Origin: Takakia lepidozioides
Taxonomy: Eukaryota > Plantae > Bryophyta
DNA length: 64,000 bases
Reading direction: 5' to 3'
Assembly (NCBI GenBank): GCA_030704615.1
Contig: CM060732.1
Coordinates: forward strand, 1,736,001-1,800,000
Position numbers and translations under genes: made by a program. Under the pieces are notes generated by a model. The model did not search any database. It was not told the origin of the DNA and worked only from the letters and a program-made list of their open reading frames with translations. This document shows positions 1 through 12,459 of this stretch, piece by piece (within the stretch, counting starts at the first letter, position 1; every line of letters starts with the position of its first letter).

Positions 1-1178
1 AACCAGCTCCCAGGAATCACCCTGGGGAATATGAGCATTATCCGGAAAATGAGATGGTATTTATAGCAGGTAAGAGATTTGAATACAAGGGCATACCCTA
101 GCCCAAGGAGGGCCGAAGGGCATATGGACTGAAAGAGACTTCCCAATGAGAAGAGGGAATTCATTGCTCCACAAGAGAAACAGACCAAAATTTCTGCATA
201 ACGATCACCGAATGGCTGGAAGAGCATGAAAGGAATTTTATAATGTCCCAGTGAAGGCCGAAGAGCCTGTGGACCCAAAGAAAGATCGAAAAAGAGAGAG
301 GAGGACCCACATCTCATCTTAAGCTGGCACAGATGTTGTAGTGTAACACTCTGACAAGAACACTCTTGAGGGCAGGACCCTTTTGTGGGGAGGAGGCTAT
401 CTTTGAGGCCAGAACCACCTTCTTCTCTGTCTTCTCTGATACATTCTGAAATAATGGTATACTGGTCTGCAGAAACTTAGACAGCGGGAGGAAGCCCTCA
501 AACAAATTGACGAATTTTCTCAGGATTCAGCAAGAAAGCAATTGGAGTCGCTGACGAGGTCCGAGTATTTCTTGTTGTGATTGTTGGTTTGGTTGATGTA
601 ACTGAAGTTTGAGTAGAATGGTCACTCTCACTTAATCCACTGAGGAGCTTGGGTCTCACGGTCTTGCTGTGCACCCTTTTTCCATACTGTCATCTCCCTG
701 CATAACCATATATAGTTAATCCTTCTGCTTTAATGGAGGAATCTGATCACCACCAGTCAATTTTGTGTACATGTACCAGATTTGGGGAAGACTTTGGTGT
801 CTTTTTACAGGGTTTTTCATTCCTTGCAGGAGCCTTAGTCATGAGGACCCACAAGTGTTTAGCGTCTTTCTTTCTTGCATAAGGCCTTCCTTCTTTACAG
901 AATCTTTGGGATTTGTTTTCTTCTTGGTTTTACTGGTTCCACTCTGTTGTCCCTGGACCCGCTGGGCCTGCCCTGGCGTAATAACATGATTTGTGTTCTT
1001 GTAGGTCCTCTGACAAGGCTGCAGGCTGATGAGTACATCATTTGATCTCTCTTTTGTATTCTTGAGGGTTGGGGCATTGCTTTCTGTGTGCTTCCCTTGT
1101 TTTGTTTTTTCCTTCAGCAAGTAGTCTGGAAGACACTCTTTAGTTCAATTGTGGCATGTGTGATGACCTCTCAGGGAG

Positions 1179-4100
1179 GTGGAGAAAGTGAAGTGTGAAC
1201 TGGCGGAAAAAAGCCAGGAACTTACGAAAGCATTTGCCTTTTCCAAACAGACTTACCAAGTGCATTCTCTTTCTTTCCTAAACACCCTAGTCTTTGTCCG
1301 TCTGTCCCTGGGAAACTGTTTGACTAGTGACACATCATGTTTCTGTTCCACCAAGTTTAGTAACATTCCAAGGCAGCAGAAGCAACAGATTGTGCACCAC
1401 GCAATTGAAGGATATGAGTGTAGTGTAGATGCAAAGGATAGTGTCTCGGGATTCTATCATTTCTTCAAACATGCTCACATCCAAAAAGTGCGATTGACAT
1501 TTTTTTGACGATTAATGTAGGATTGCTGTTGCCTGGGGTTGATCCACTTGGACAGGAGCTTGAAGAATTGAAGAAGTTTCGTCATAAAGAGGTCTGATAA
1601 CCCTCAAATTATCCTGCAAACTTGTCAGTGGAGAATGCTAAAACTGCATTAAGAGGAAAATTGTATGATATGAAAATCGAGAGTCATCTCTGCCATGATC
1701 CTTGTCATGGACTGTGCTCCAAGTGCAGACATCCACATGAAGTCTTTCATGTGAGCCCTGCAGCATTGGACTGGATACAAGCTGCATGCTAAAAAGATCT
1801 GGAAAACATTTGTCTTTGCTACTTACTGGCCTAATAACAATTTCAGTAATAGCAAGGAGACAATTAGGTGATAGTCCTTCAGGACTGATCATGTCAACTG
1901 AGGCCACATAAAGATGAGACATGATGTCGCTCACATCAGCTGGCACTGGATACAGCTTTTGAATTAAGACATACTAGTGTAGTGGGCTTCATTTCCGGAT
2001 GAATATACTAAAGCAGAAAGAGTGCGCAAGAACAGGGCCTATGGTTCCGCTTGGCAGATTGAGAGAGAGAAGCTGCATAGAAAATGGGAGGTTGGTGACG
2101 TCCTTGAGAAGGTACAAAAGGAAGTGCTGACAGCGACCCAACAACATTTTGCTAGGGAATTGGAACTCCAAGATCTGTGCAATAAGGAAAGGGATTGTCA
2201 TGGGAAGTCACTTGAGGTATATCAATATTAACCTTTGGAGATCTTCTTGTACTGCTCAGCAAGCACCACTCCTAAGAATTTGACACTACAAAGGAAGCAA
2301 AGTTTCAGCTTGGAGAAATATCTGGTGCAAGTTTTCTGTTTGACAGTAAGAGTTTGTGTGCTTCAATGGATGTAGGAGATGACTATTCTCCACAAGGCAG
2401 AGATTAAGAGATTGAAGGTATGCTTGCCTTCCTGTTAATTCCTATCGTATTTGCTTGGTTTTAGGGCCCAAGTGGTTGTTAACCTCCCTTCTATAAATTT
2501 GGTAATGCCTGTGCTTTGATGTGCCTTAACAAGAGGAAGAATAGTGATAAACAAGTGGGCAGTGTTGTTTGCCCACCCACAAAGCTATGAGAGTGCCAAC
2601 AGAATCTCAGCCTACTCCCTAAACGGCACTCGATTTCCCTTTTGAAGTCTCCATCCTAAAATTTGATAAGGCCTGGTGGCTAGATCAATATTGTAATTCA
2701 CACTGTGAAGTACTTTGAGAGTTGAATGCCATGTCCTAGGACTGAAGAATGACATGGGGTGTGAGTTAATCATTGTTGCAAAGAAAGATGGGTAGACTGA
2801 GGCATCATTTCTCTTCATCTGTTTTCAGGTCTGTTTTTTAGACTTTTGTCTCTTGCAGATGGAGCACATGAACAACATTGAGGAATGCTGTCAAAATCAT
2901 GCCTCCCTTGAATCTGAGTGGCAGGATAAGGTGTGTAACTTCTTAAATCCATAAGTTCTGAGTCTCTCTCTCTACGTTGTAAAGCACCATTTCATTTCAT
3001 TTCATTTCTCTAGGTTATAAGCCAGAGATGGTCACAGTTTTGCAAGTCTTTAAGGATCCATCGGTAATTTGAATACCATATTGTGGTATCACCAGGGGTT
3101 TGCATCCATTGTATAGTGTTTGGGTTCTGATCCCTCTGCAGGTTTATGGCCCTTCATTCATCCATTGCTACTGTGCTCTTTTGGGTCTCCTAGGTAGCTT
3201 GTACATTGATCGGGATATTAGGATGCCTATGTGAGGCACCTATGCATACTGAAGGGTCTCTACATATACCAGCATTGTCAATAGGGCCTAAGGATCATGA
3301 GTTGATTGTAGACACTTCCAAGGTCTCCATTGTACAACCTCATTGTAGTCAGTGATATTTCACATTCTTCATTTTCACAAAACTTTGGTATTTGATACAG
3401 GAAATGAATCTACAAAAGCAAATTTCAACAGCTGTTCAGGAGAAGACTAGGATCCTTCAGGATATGTTCTCTGTGCAAGAGAAGCTTCGAGGAACTGAGG
3501 ATCTACTGGAAGCTACTCAAACTGCCCTTGACAATGTGCATGCAAATCGACGAATTTCTTTGTGGGGGAAATGAAATGAATTGATACCTTATAATGTCTG
3601 TGGAAGAAATTTATGAAATAAGAAATCTCCAAATAAGATTGCGAAAACTAAAAGTGGACTGCAATCTCTTTATGGGACTCAGTAAGTTCATGCCTAACAG
3701 TTGCGGAGTGCTCATGCAGTATGCTGCTTCTGGTTCTCCATAAACAATCAGAAATAACTGTCACAGAGTCTCTGTGCTCAATCACTGGACATCCTTATAG
3801 AAGTTACTTGACAGCTCAATATTGACTACTAAGAATAGGCTTACTTGTCTAGACTTTGAATGGTAATGGACACCCATAAAATATTTTGGCTGTACGTGCT
3901 TGCAGGAGACATTGGCCAAAGCTGACTTGGAAGGGGATCTTAAGTTTGCGAAAGGAGAGAATTCTCTAGCTGTATGTTTCTCACTCAACTAGTGATTTCA
4001 AAGACTTTCCGGTCTTTAAGAAGAGTTGTTCATTGCATGATCAAACTCACTGGCTGCTATCCTGCATTTACAGCTTTTCTTCTGACTTGGAATGATCATT

Positions 4101-7100
4101 CTCAAATTGGTGACCTAAATTAGAGTTTAGGAATCGGACAAAATCTAGACTAGCTAAATTCATGAGGACCAAGATGTCTCCAGTACAATGAGTTCCTATA
4201 CAATAGGACTAAATCTAGTCTGAATGCTGGTAATTCGGAGGTCCTGAGATTTTTTAGTTGGTCTTTGAGAATGCCACAGGAAGAAAATCTGCAGAGTGCA
4301 TACAGAGAGGCAAGCAGTCTCTCAGCCGCTCTTGCTGCCGTCAAGCAAGAAGCCCTGTAAGGACAAACCAACCCAAAACCTCCAGATGTAGATGATTGTC
4401 CTACATCTACACAATCTTGTGAAAACTCACGACCCCAAGTTTTGAGGCATGCATGTGGGATTGATTGTTCTATCGAATGCTTCTTTAGGACTCAGAAAAT
4501 TGTTTTGGGCATCGCACCACAATTGAGTCTGTTTGTCATCCGTGTGTGCGGTTATGCTTCATTTCTGGATGGTACCTCTGCTAATCGTGGTTAGCAATGA
4601 GACTCCATTGCCAGCAAGGAACCAGGTTCTGGTTTGATCCTAGTAACTGCTAGGGTCTGGGGCTTGCTGCAGAACCACTTGAGTGAGTTGATTCTGGTTA
4701 GTTAATGCAGAGTTGGAAAACGTGCATTAAGATGAAATGTAGCTTCATTACAGATATGATATAATTAGATAATACTGGCTGACACTGGGAGAAAATGGAA
4801 GGAACTCACAGATTGCCACGGGAAAGAGTTAACTGTATAGGATTTAATTTCAACACGATCTAAAACATGTACTTTCAGGGAAGGTAAAGAATATGTTATC
4901 TCTCTTCTCTCGTGGGTAGGTTCCAGTTCACTCTTAAGTCCCTTGAGGTCCTCAATTCCCTTCCAGCAGACCCAACAAGCTGGCTCCAACAGCTTCTGTA
5001 TTCGAAGTTCAGTGGACTGCTTCATTGCTTCCCTAGTACATCCACTCCTTCACTGTAACTGTGAAACTCCAGAAACCAAATATTAATTCCAGATTTGCCA
5101 TACTGTCTCTTCTTGTGAACAGGTTAATAGAAGAATATATAAAAGATCTTCCCTTTCTAATTCATGTGGACATATTCTTGTGCAGGGATGCCAAGCTAAC
5201 CTATAATGCAGCTGTCACAGCCATTGTAAGTGGCCTGTCATGCACTCTGCTAGATCGCCTACATAGTCCTTCCAACTAATAATAACTCCGTTGTCAACAT
5301 GTGACCTTTGCTTTGAAATTTTCCCTCAATGTGATCATGATGACGTGCAAGGGCTTCACATATGAACTGAGCCTTAGTAACTCAATAGTTCTATGCTCTC
5401 AGGTGTTTGTCCTCATATTGGTGGATGTTATAAAGTTTTTTTCCTTAAAAGTACTATTTCATTTCATGTCTTTTGCGGAGGGATCGCCCAATGGCTTTGT
5501 GCACCCCACCCATGGGAACCTGGATTCTACTGTCAGAAGAGCAGTCAGCTGTCCATTGGCCCTCTGGACTGTCCATGAGGTGGTCTGATTTGACGTTAAT
5601 CTTCATTCCTTCTGTCTCTTGAGCTTCCCATGGACATTAGAAAATTTACAGGGAAATTGAAAGTGAGAACATTTCTTCTTTCACTTAGACAATCGCTAGA
5701 ACATTAATTGTGGTTTCTGGATTTGTTCCTCTCTCATGTTTTCTTCCATTTTGTCCCATAAGCTCTACGAGCTTTCCGCGGACGTTATAAAGCACCATTT
5801 CATTTCATTTCTTTCACTGCCCTTTATACTATGAGATCCATGGGAGATTCAACTGTCTATTCCAGGATACCCAATCTCTCACGGAGGTCTTCCATTACGA
5901 GGATCGGAAATGCTGGCAGCTTACCTGCATGAAGTATTGACTCTTAGACAATCCCTTGAGCTTTAGTTGCTTTTGGGCTGTTTGTGGCCCCTCTCTCTGT
6001 CTTGTTGTTTTCTTTCTCTTGTCCCATAAGCTCTTTGAGCTTCCTGCGGACGTTATAAAGTAAAATTTCATTCATTTCTGTCTCTCTCTCCTGTACTTCA
6101 ATAAGGCCAGGGGACTCCTCTGCTTGTGTATCCTTTAATTTGTAAATAAAAAAAGGGGAGATGGTTCTGGCAAAGTGTTAAGAAAAAGCCTGATGCATAC
6201 TTAATCCTGGCATGTATTCAGATTAGAGGAACTTACAAAGTGAGATACATTTTGAACTCAGTTGTTAGTCTTCTGCTAATCACTCACAAGAAATACCAAA
6301 TTCACAGGAGAAGAGGGCTTACTCAATTCAGAAGGACCTGGCAAATGTGACCAACACCTGCACTGTGAACGAACAAGAAGTCAAACATTACAAGCATAAG
6401 GTGCTTGCAAGAATTTCCAGCAACACAATCGCATATGTTTCACCAGCTAGACAGGATTATGCAAGTAAAAACTCTTTGGGGCCTCTTGTGAGTGTCGTTG
6501 AGGGTTATTTATTCTGTGTTTTGGTGATCTCAAGTGTTCAATTGTAGATGGAAGAATCGCAATTCAACCTTGCTACGACACGGAAGGACTTGCAGATTGC
6601 ATTGATGGATGTCCAGCAACTGCAACAAGAGGTGACCATTCTCTCTCTCTTACAGGCAACATTTCCTCTTTGGTGTCTTATGTTCTACTTTGTCCGATGA
6701 CCATGAGCCTCCCATGGATACAATCAACTTTTTCTTTGACTTCTTCCTGTTCTTTTTATCCTATAAGCTCTTCAGGCTCTCCGTGACTGTTATAAGGTTC
6801 TTCTTACTTCTTTCTTAGAGAATTCCTTTGGATCCGTGATAATTTTTTTTCTTTCATTATTTCTCTATGTGCCTGCTCATCATCAGCAAACCACCGTAGA
6901 AGAGGACCATTCCTTTTCTCTCTCTGTGCCCCCTTCTCTCTAAACCTTGACCATTGTACATCTTGTGTCTTGCTGACTCTCCTGCACTTTTGTCACATCT
7001 ACCTCTTTTGCAGTGGTTTGCCTTAATTCCAGCTGCACTTGATCTTGATTGCTATAGGACTGTCCAATCAGCAAATCTCGATATCTCTTTTGGGATAAGA

Positions 7101-8110
7101 ATGTGAGGACAGCAACTGCTGGATGACTTCCCGAAGGTCTGGCTTACAGATAATGTGATTATGAAGAATACCCCGTGGACATGTATGCCAAATGTGGGAG
7201 CATTGAGGATGCGGTGGGAGTGTTCAACGTGGATTACAAAGCTTATGACTGGACAATTTGGGGGGGTGGGGACTGGGGTGGGAAACAGTTACGTGGTGCA
7301 AATGCTGAGGTTGAATGCAAGGAAGAAGAGAAGAGGAGGATGAAGACCGAGTTTGATATGCAAAGCCAGCAACTCACAGCTAAAATTTCCCGACTTCAGC
7401 TTGAGGGAGTTGCTAAGGTGAAAGGCATATTGGTGTATGAAGTGTATCGTCAGTTAAGCTGCTTTAAATGCTATACAGTAACTCGGACCTTCACCAATTT
7501 GCTTCTGCAAAAATTGTTATTCCAACTAAAATTGTGCACCAAGTAAGAATACCACTGTTATATTTGTTTGATAGAATATCTGCTGCATGAAATGGCAGAG
7601 GCTGAATTGGATAGAATTCAGGCTCCTTATTTGAGGAGTGGAGAACTGGCCCTTAGCTTGACGGATTTCCAGGGCTACATTCACAATCCGCTAATGGAAT
7701 GGAACACGAACTGATGACAAACAAAATGTAATCTTGAGAGCAGAGTGAGCAGGCAGTCCTGAAAATGAAAGAGCTGATGGAATCGCGGCTGCGACAGCAA
7801 ATCCAAGCCCATGAAGAAATTCTTCAGAACTTGCAGAAAGCATTTATGACTCAGGTATGTACCATATGTTCTGGAGGTGCAAGGAAAGGGTGGAAGGTGG
7901 CTCTGACCTAAGTTGATAGAAAATAGCGGCCTTTCAAAGCTCTGTGCACAACTTTGCAAACCAGAGGAGGGAATTTGATACTCAGTGCAGATTCTTGGGG
8001 GAGCATGCTGTGTGTTTTGCAGTTGGAGGAGCAGAAGAAAGGAGGAAAGCTGCATCTTTCATCACTTGAGGGTCACTTATGCAGACTACGATGCAAGCTT
8101 GATAGTAGGA
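1179..8110 (+). CDS. Putative multi-exon coiled-coil protein gene (partial model, possibly a pseudogene)
   Basis: Short E/K/Q/L-rich open segments, many bounded by AG..GT. Examples: ~1179-1259 (VEKVKCELAEKSQELTKA), ~2020-2216, ~2376-2417 (EMTILHKAEIKRLK), ~2859-2930, ~3401-3535, ~6548-6631, ~7300-7417, ~7740-7854. No family recognised and exon phases not fully reconciled. Confidence 0.4.
5751..6078 (+). repeat. Two copies of a short dispersed repeat ending in a (CATTT)n tail; more copies at ~2949-3008, ~6757-6800 and inverted at ~3568-3625
   Basis: Consensus approximately CCCATAAGCTCT..GAGCTT.C.GCGGACGTTATAAAG.A..ATTTCATTTCATTT, read directly at 5751-5811 and 6019-6078. Resembles the 3' end of a non-LTR retroelement. 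Confidence 0.6.
7138..7230 (+). pseudogene. PLS-class PPR micro-fragment (about one S motif)
   Basis: Reads SGLTDNVIMKNT / [18 protein letters not shown] across a frameshift. DMYAKCGS..DA..VF is the PPR S-motif signature. Confidence 0.7.
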
Positions 8111-8486
8111 AGAGACCACACCTTGATTCCTGACGAGCCAAGTATAGGGGATGTGCTAATCTGCTTCGGCCGTCGCTCAGCAAATGCATATGCTGAACCA
8201 CGTTTGTATTTCTTTAACCCTGCTTAGAGAATCATTGATGGTGACTTGTGCCTTAGGGTGATACATGCTGGTCGTAGGACCAGCATAGCACTGTGGATTC
8301 GTGAACAGGGAAGATGGGAGAAAATCAATACAATGGCACGAGAGGTGACATGGGGAGGTAGAGTAGAGATGTTAAGAAATGGACAGTGGGAATGGTATAG
8401 AGGTCAGATTTAGAGTTCCTGTAGAGAGAATTTAGAGTGCATTAGATAACCAATCAGCTTAGCTTCCAAGTTGTAAGGTAGAAGAA

Positions 8487-9245
8487 TGACTAGTCCTACT
8501 AGTGTAGATGTACCTTATTATGGTAGGAATAGTGAGGACGTGAATGACTGGTTGGAGAGAATTCAAATGGAGGTAGATGTGAGGGATCTGAATGAGGACA
8601 AAACCTTCAAAGTGGCAAGGCTAAATCTGAGGGCCAAAGCTGATGAGTGGTACCGCAAATAGAACCCTAGACTAGACAACTGGGAGGACTTCAGAACAGC
8701 CATAGCTGCAAAATTTGGTGTCATTGATCTGGCAGAAATCAGGCTGCGGATGGATGTCATCAAGCACAAAGGGTTCAAACATATTTCGATAGGTTGAACC
8801 GCCTGTTCATGAGGAGTGAGGTGTCTGATTTGGAGCAAAGGCGTAGATTCATAGGAGGTTTGAGACCAGAGATAGCGAGAGTGATGCTGGGCAGGCGCTT
8901 TTCTGACGTAGAGGCAGCACTTGAAACAGCCATTGAAATTGAGAGAGGTCTGGGCAAGTTGGGGGAGATACCTCTAGAGCCCTTGGAAGGAGAGGATTCA
9001 GATGAATCAATCGTGTTTGTTAGTCCTGTAGACAAAATTCGATCAGTTGAACACTACCCTACAGAAGTACTTCGAGAGAGGACCAGTCATAGGAGAGAAC
9101 TCAGGATCTAGGACACCACCTCGTGCTTGCCTTTGTAACACTTGCCATGAAGAGGGTCACATAGCTGCATATTGTCCAAAAAGAAGAACCCAAGCCAAGT
9201 GTGACAAGTGTCACCGGTTTGGGCATTCCATGCAAATGTGTGGTG
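8487..9245 (+). mobile_element. Ty3/gypsy gag pseudogene (capsid plus two CCHC knuckles), truncated
   Basis: EDVNDWLE..ARLNLRAKADEWY..WEDFRTAIAAKFG; RRFIGGLRPEI; CNTCHEEGHIAAYC and CDKCHRFGHSMQMC. Contains stops and frameshifts. Confidence 0.8.
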
Positions 9246-9839
9246 TGTCATGCTCTTTCATAAGCTTGTAGAGGGCGGTTTGAGGAGTGTCTACAGGATG
9301 CTTCTCATGGTCATGCAAGTGAGAGAAGAGAGGAAAAAGAGAGTGTTGGGATGAGGGCATGCTGGGGATAGGCATTGCTTTAGCTTCCCTTCCTCATAGC
9401 TTTCCACCTTCTCAGTAGGTCGAGACCTTTCCGTAGGTGGAGACAAGAGTCAACCCGGTTTTGGGCTGGGGTGTTCTTGCAAGAGCGACATTGTGGAGTT
9501 GTTTTTGGTGTGGGGGAGCTGTTGTTTTCATTCTTGTGTTTAGATCCCTTCCACACCTGCATGCTTGATTGTGCGCCATGCTAGCTTTATTATAGGTGGT
9601 TGACTCGGATTTGATCACCGATCCAATCATAGAGCATGCTGTCGATAGTGAGGCTGGGGTTAGACCATCTTTGTTTCTCTTGTGGTGAGGTTGGAGGTGA
9701 TGACCAGCCAACCATAGAAGTGCCTGCGGTGAATGCAGGTGCAGGTTATCTTATGAACCTAGTATTCCAAACCATAAGCCACATCATGTTCTCTATCCGG
9801 TAACCTTGTGGAAAGGGGGTTAGGGACATGTTCATGACC
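9246..9839 (+). repeat. Candidate LTR of the downstream gypsy element
   Basis: Starts TGTCATG exactly where the upstream gag breaks off and ends CATGAC(C), an imperfect terminal inverted repeat. A gag ORF follows. No canonical PBS and no second copy in the window. Confidence 0.3.
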
Positions 9840-9989
9840 GGTTGAGTGTCAGTTTGTCAACACAGAGGTGTCACTAGTTGCTGGGGACAGTGCCGGTACG
9901 AGCACTAGCGATATTAGTGGGTACACAAGACGACGTATGCGGTTTAGGCCACCTTCACCTCCTATGTCTTCCAAGGAAAGTTCTAATTC

Positions 9990-10797
9990 CGATTCTGAAT
10001 CAGGAGGGTGCACGCCAACGCTTCCTTGCCATTGTTGTGGGATACAATGGAGATGTATACAGCTACCAAGGGGCCACGAAGATACTCTGGGGCGGTGGGC
10101 ACCATCGAGTTGGATGATTTCATTCAAGAATTTGATAGTTGGCGTGACTTGCAGCAAATGCGCAATCCACAATTGTTTACGCATTTTATGGCATGAAAGG
10201 GGCTGTTTCAACACCTTGAGGGGCCGCCCATGGATGATTACCATGAGTGTAGGCGGGGGCATGATGTTGAGATCGAGGACTGGAGAATGTACTGTCACCC
10301 GACTATGTCTCCATCACTAGAGGCACAAGGGCAGCGGCCACACCGGCAGCTTCCACAAGCAGCAGCAGTGGGACTAGTGGTACAGGGACTAGGACGTCCA
10401 CCCAAGCCATTGCTGCACCAGTACCAGTATCCATGCTAGTCTTCAACCCTGTTGTGGAGTTTTTCGAAGAGTTGAGAATGAACTACCAAGGGGTGAGGAC
10501 AGAGAACTTGAGGAGCTTGCAAGAGTTCCAGAGGAAGCCTACTGAGAGCTTGAGGGAGGTTTTCACTCGTATGAGGCGCAAGCTTGATAAATGTAACCCA
10601 AGGGGTTACGGAAGCTCAGGCAGTCCAATTCCGGTATGGGATATTGGACAAGGAGCTGAGGAGAAGGGTGCGGTATGCAACTCTCCTACAAGTGGCCCAA
10701 CTCACCTTAGCAAATGTGTTTTTGCTGGCAGAGCGGATAGAGCTCAACATGGTGGAAGAATGAGTGGTTATGGTGGGATTTGCTAAGGAGACACCAC
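9990..10797 (+). mobile_element. Ty3/gypsy gag N-terminal/capsid region without zinc knuckles, degenerate
   Basis: ATKGPRRYSG..ELDDFIQEFDSW..KGLFQHLEGPPMDDY; EFFEELRMNYQG..LRSLQEFQRKPTESLREVFTRMRR; LTLANVFLLAERIE. Retrotrans_gag-like pattern. Confidence 0.7.
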
Positions 10798-10853
10798 GGG
10801 GTAGTGGTCCTCCTAGCCAGCCACTACCCCAACGTGCTCAAGGCAACAATCAA

Positions 10854-10988
10854 GCAGTGTGGACATAACCAATCTCCATCAAGAACCCTATCAAGAGGTG
10901 GTGTCAAGCATCCCATGTGCCAACCCCTTGAGCATCGATCACATATCAGGATGGTGGCTGCCCCTTTGGCAGACCCACAGAGCATGCA
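10854..10988 (-). other. PHD finger at the integrase C-terminus
   Basis: CMLCGSAKGAATILICDRCSRGWHMGCLTPPLDRVLDGDWLCPHC is a canonical C4-H-C3 PHD with the conserved W. Confidence 0.92.
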
Positions 10989-11344
10989 CCTCAAACCTGC
11001 AGGTACCACTGCCAAGTTTGGATCAACTCTGCCATCGACATTGGGAAAGTGACATGACGCACAATTACGCACATGGTCCTTCCAAGTCATGCCATCCCAA
11101 CCCTCCAAGATCAGGACTCCTGAGGGCAACACCTCTCGAACCCTCAGAATAACACGCCCTGCAGTGACATCCAGGGTCGTAGGAGCAGTTACTGCAAATA
11201 AACATAGTCACTAGGGCTAAACCTTTGAACCCGAGGATGATATCCTCCACCCCGTATAGTGACATACCTCAACGTATCACGATGCTGTGCAATGGCAAGG
11301 TTATCAAAAGCCATAGGTATGACTTATTTGAATAACTCTGCACG

Positions 11345-12332
11345 CTACTCACATGCGCGTATCCACACGTCCGGATCGTCAAGGTTAAGGACTTGAACAG
11401 TGTCCCTCCGAATGGCTGCAGGCAAATCCGGCTCTCGGCCAAAGAGAAGGAAATATGGCGAGAAGGAGGCATGTGATGCTTGCTTGTTGAACCTGTAGCC
11501 CATAGCTAACCACGGTACCTGAAGATCCTGATCTCCTAGGTGTCCCTTCTGCAAGCCATACTTGCGCAAACCCCTCTTCACCGTCTGAACAACTCTATCT
11601 GCCAAGCCATCGGCCTTAGGATACTCCCGAGAAGTGGTACGGTGGTCTATCAAGGCTTTATCACACAAAGCCTGAAACTCCCCCAAGAACTCTTTCCCTT
11701 GGTCCGTGAGTACCTCTGCTAGAGCACCGAATCGGCTAAGCACACGATCCAAGAATGCATACACAGCCCCCTCATTAACCTTGTCAGACAACGGAACCAA
11801 CTCAATCCATTTGGAGAAGTGTTCCACCATTACCAACACATATCTGTGGTGACACATCGTCAGTGGCAACAGTCCTGCGAAGTCAAGACTTCACCTGTAG
11901 CCCAATCCCATGATCGGTAAATGATGCAACTGGGGTGTATGAGCGTTGAATGAAGCACGCACCCTGTCACACACCATGCACTTAGCCACGAACTGTTGCA
12001 CCTATGTGTGCATACCACGTCACCAATACTACCCCTGCAGTAGACTGTGAGTGCATCGCACTCCAAAATGCCCCAACTCCTCATGGGCATGCCGCACTAA
12101 CCGTGCAAGCTGTGTTGGGTGAGGCATGATCCTTACTCGACCATCCTCCTATACTCGGAGCAGGTGTATCCCATCTCACTTGAACCTCTTGGTTCATTGC
12201 AGGATCCGATCCCTCTCCTTGACAGTCACAGTGGCTGCTGTAGTCCAACATAGCCGAATCCTCATGTATATCTCTAGCACCGCCTGGCTCACCACTAGCC
12301 TCAGGGTCCTCAGACACTCCGTCTACAGTCAT
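11345..12332 (-). pseudogene. Gypsy integrase (HHCC plus core)
   Basis: AHEELGHFG...CMVCDR zinc-binding region; YVLVMVEHFSKW, VLTDQGKEF, YPKADGLADRVVQTVK, SPYFLLFGREP. Confidence 0.88.
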
Positions 12333-12459
12333 CCATGTTGGAGGTCCAATCTAGCCTCCCGCTGCCAAGATATACAAGAATGCAGATGCGTGCCACCCCG
12401 GCACCATCTCCTCATCCGTCTCATCATGCCACCGAGCTCCAGTGTCATCCTGCTGGCTC

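Noticed and set aside
3640-5600. Specific call (LINE or DIRS) for this degenerate intronic block
   Set aside because: Only faint hints are readable, too decayed to assign without a search.
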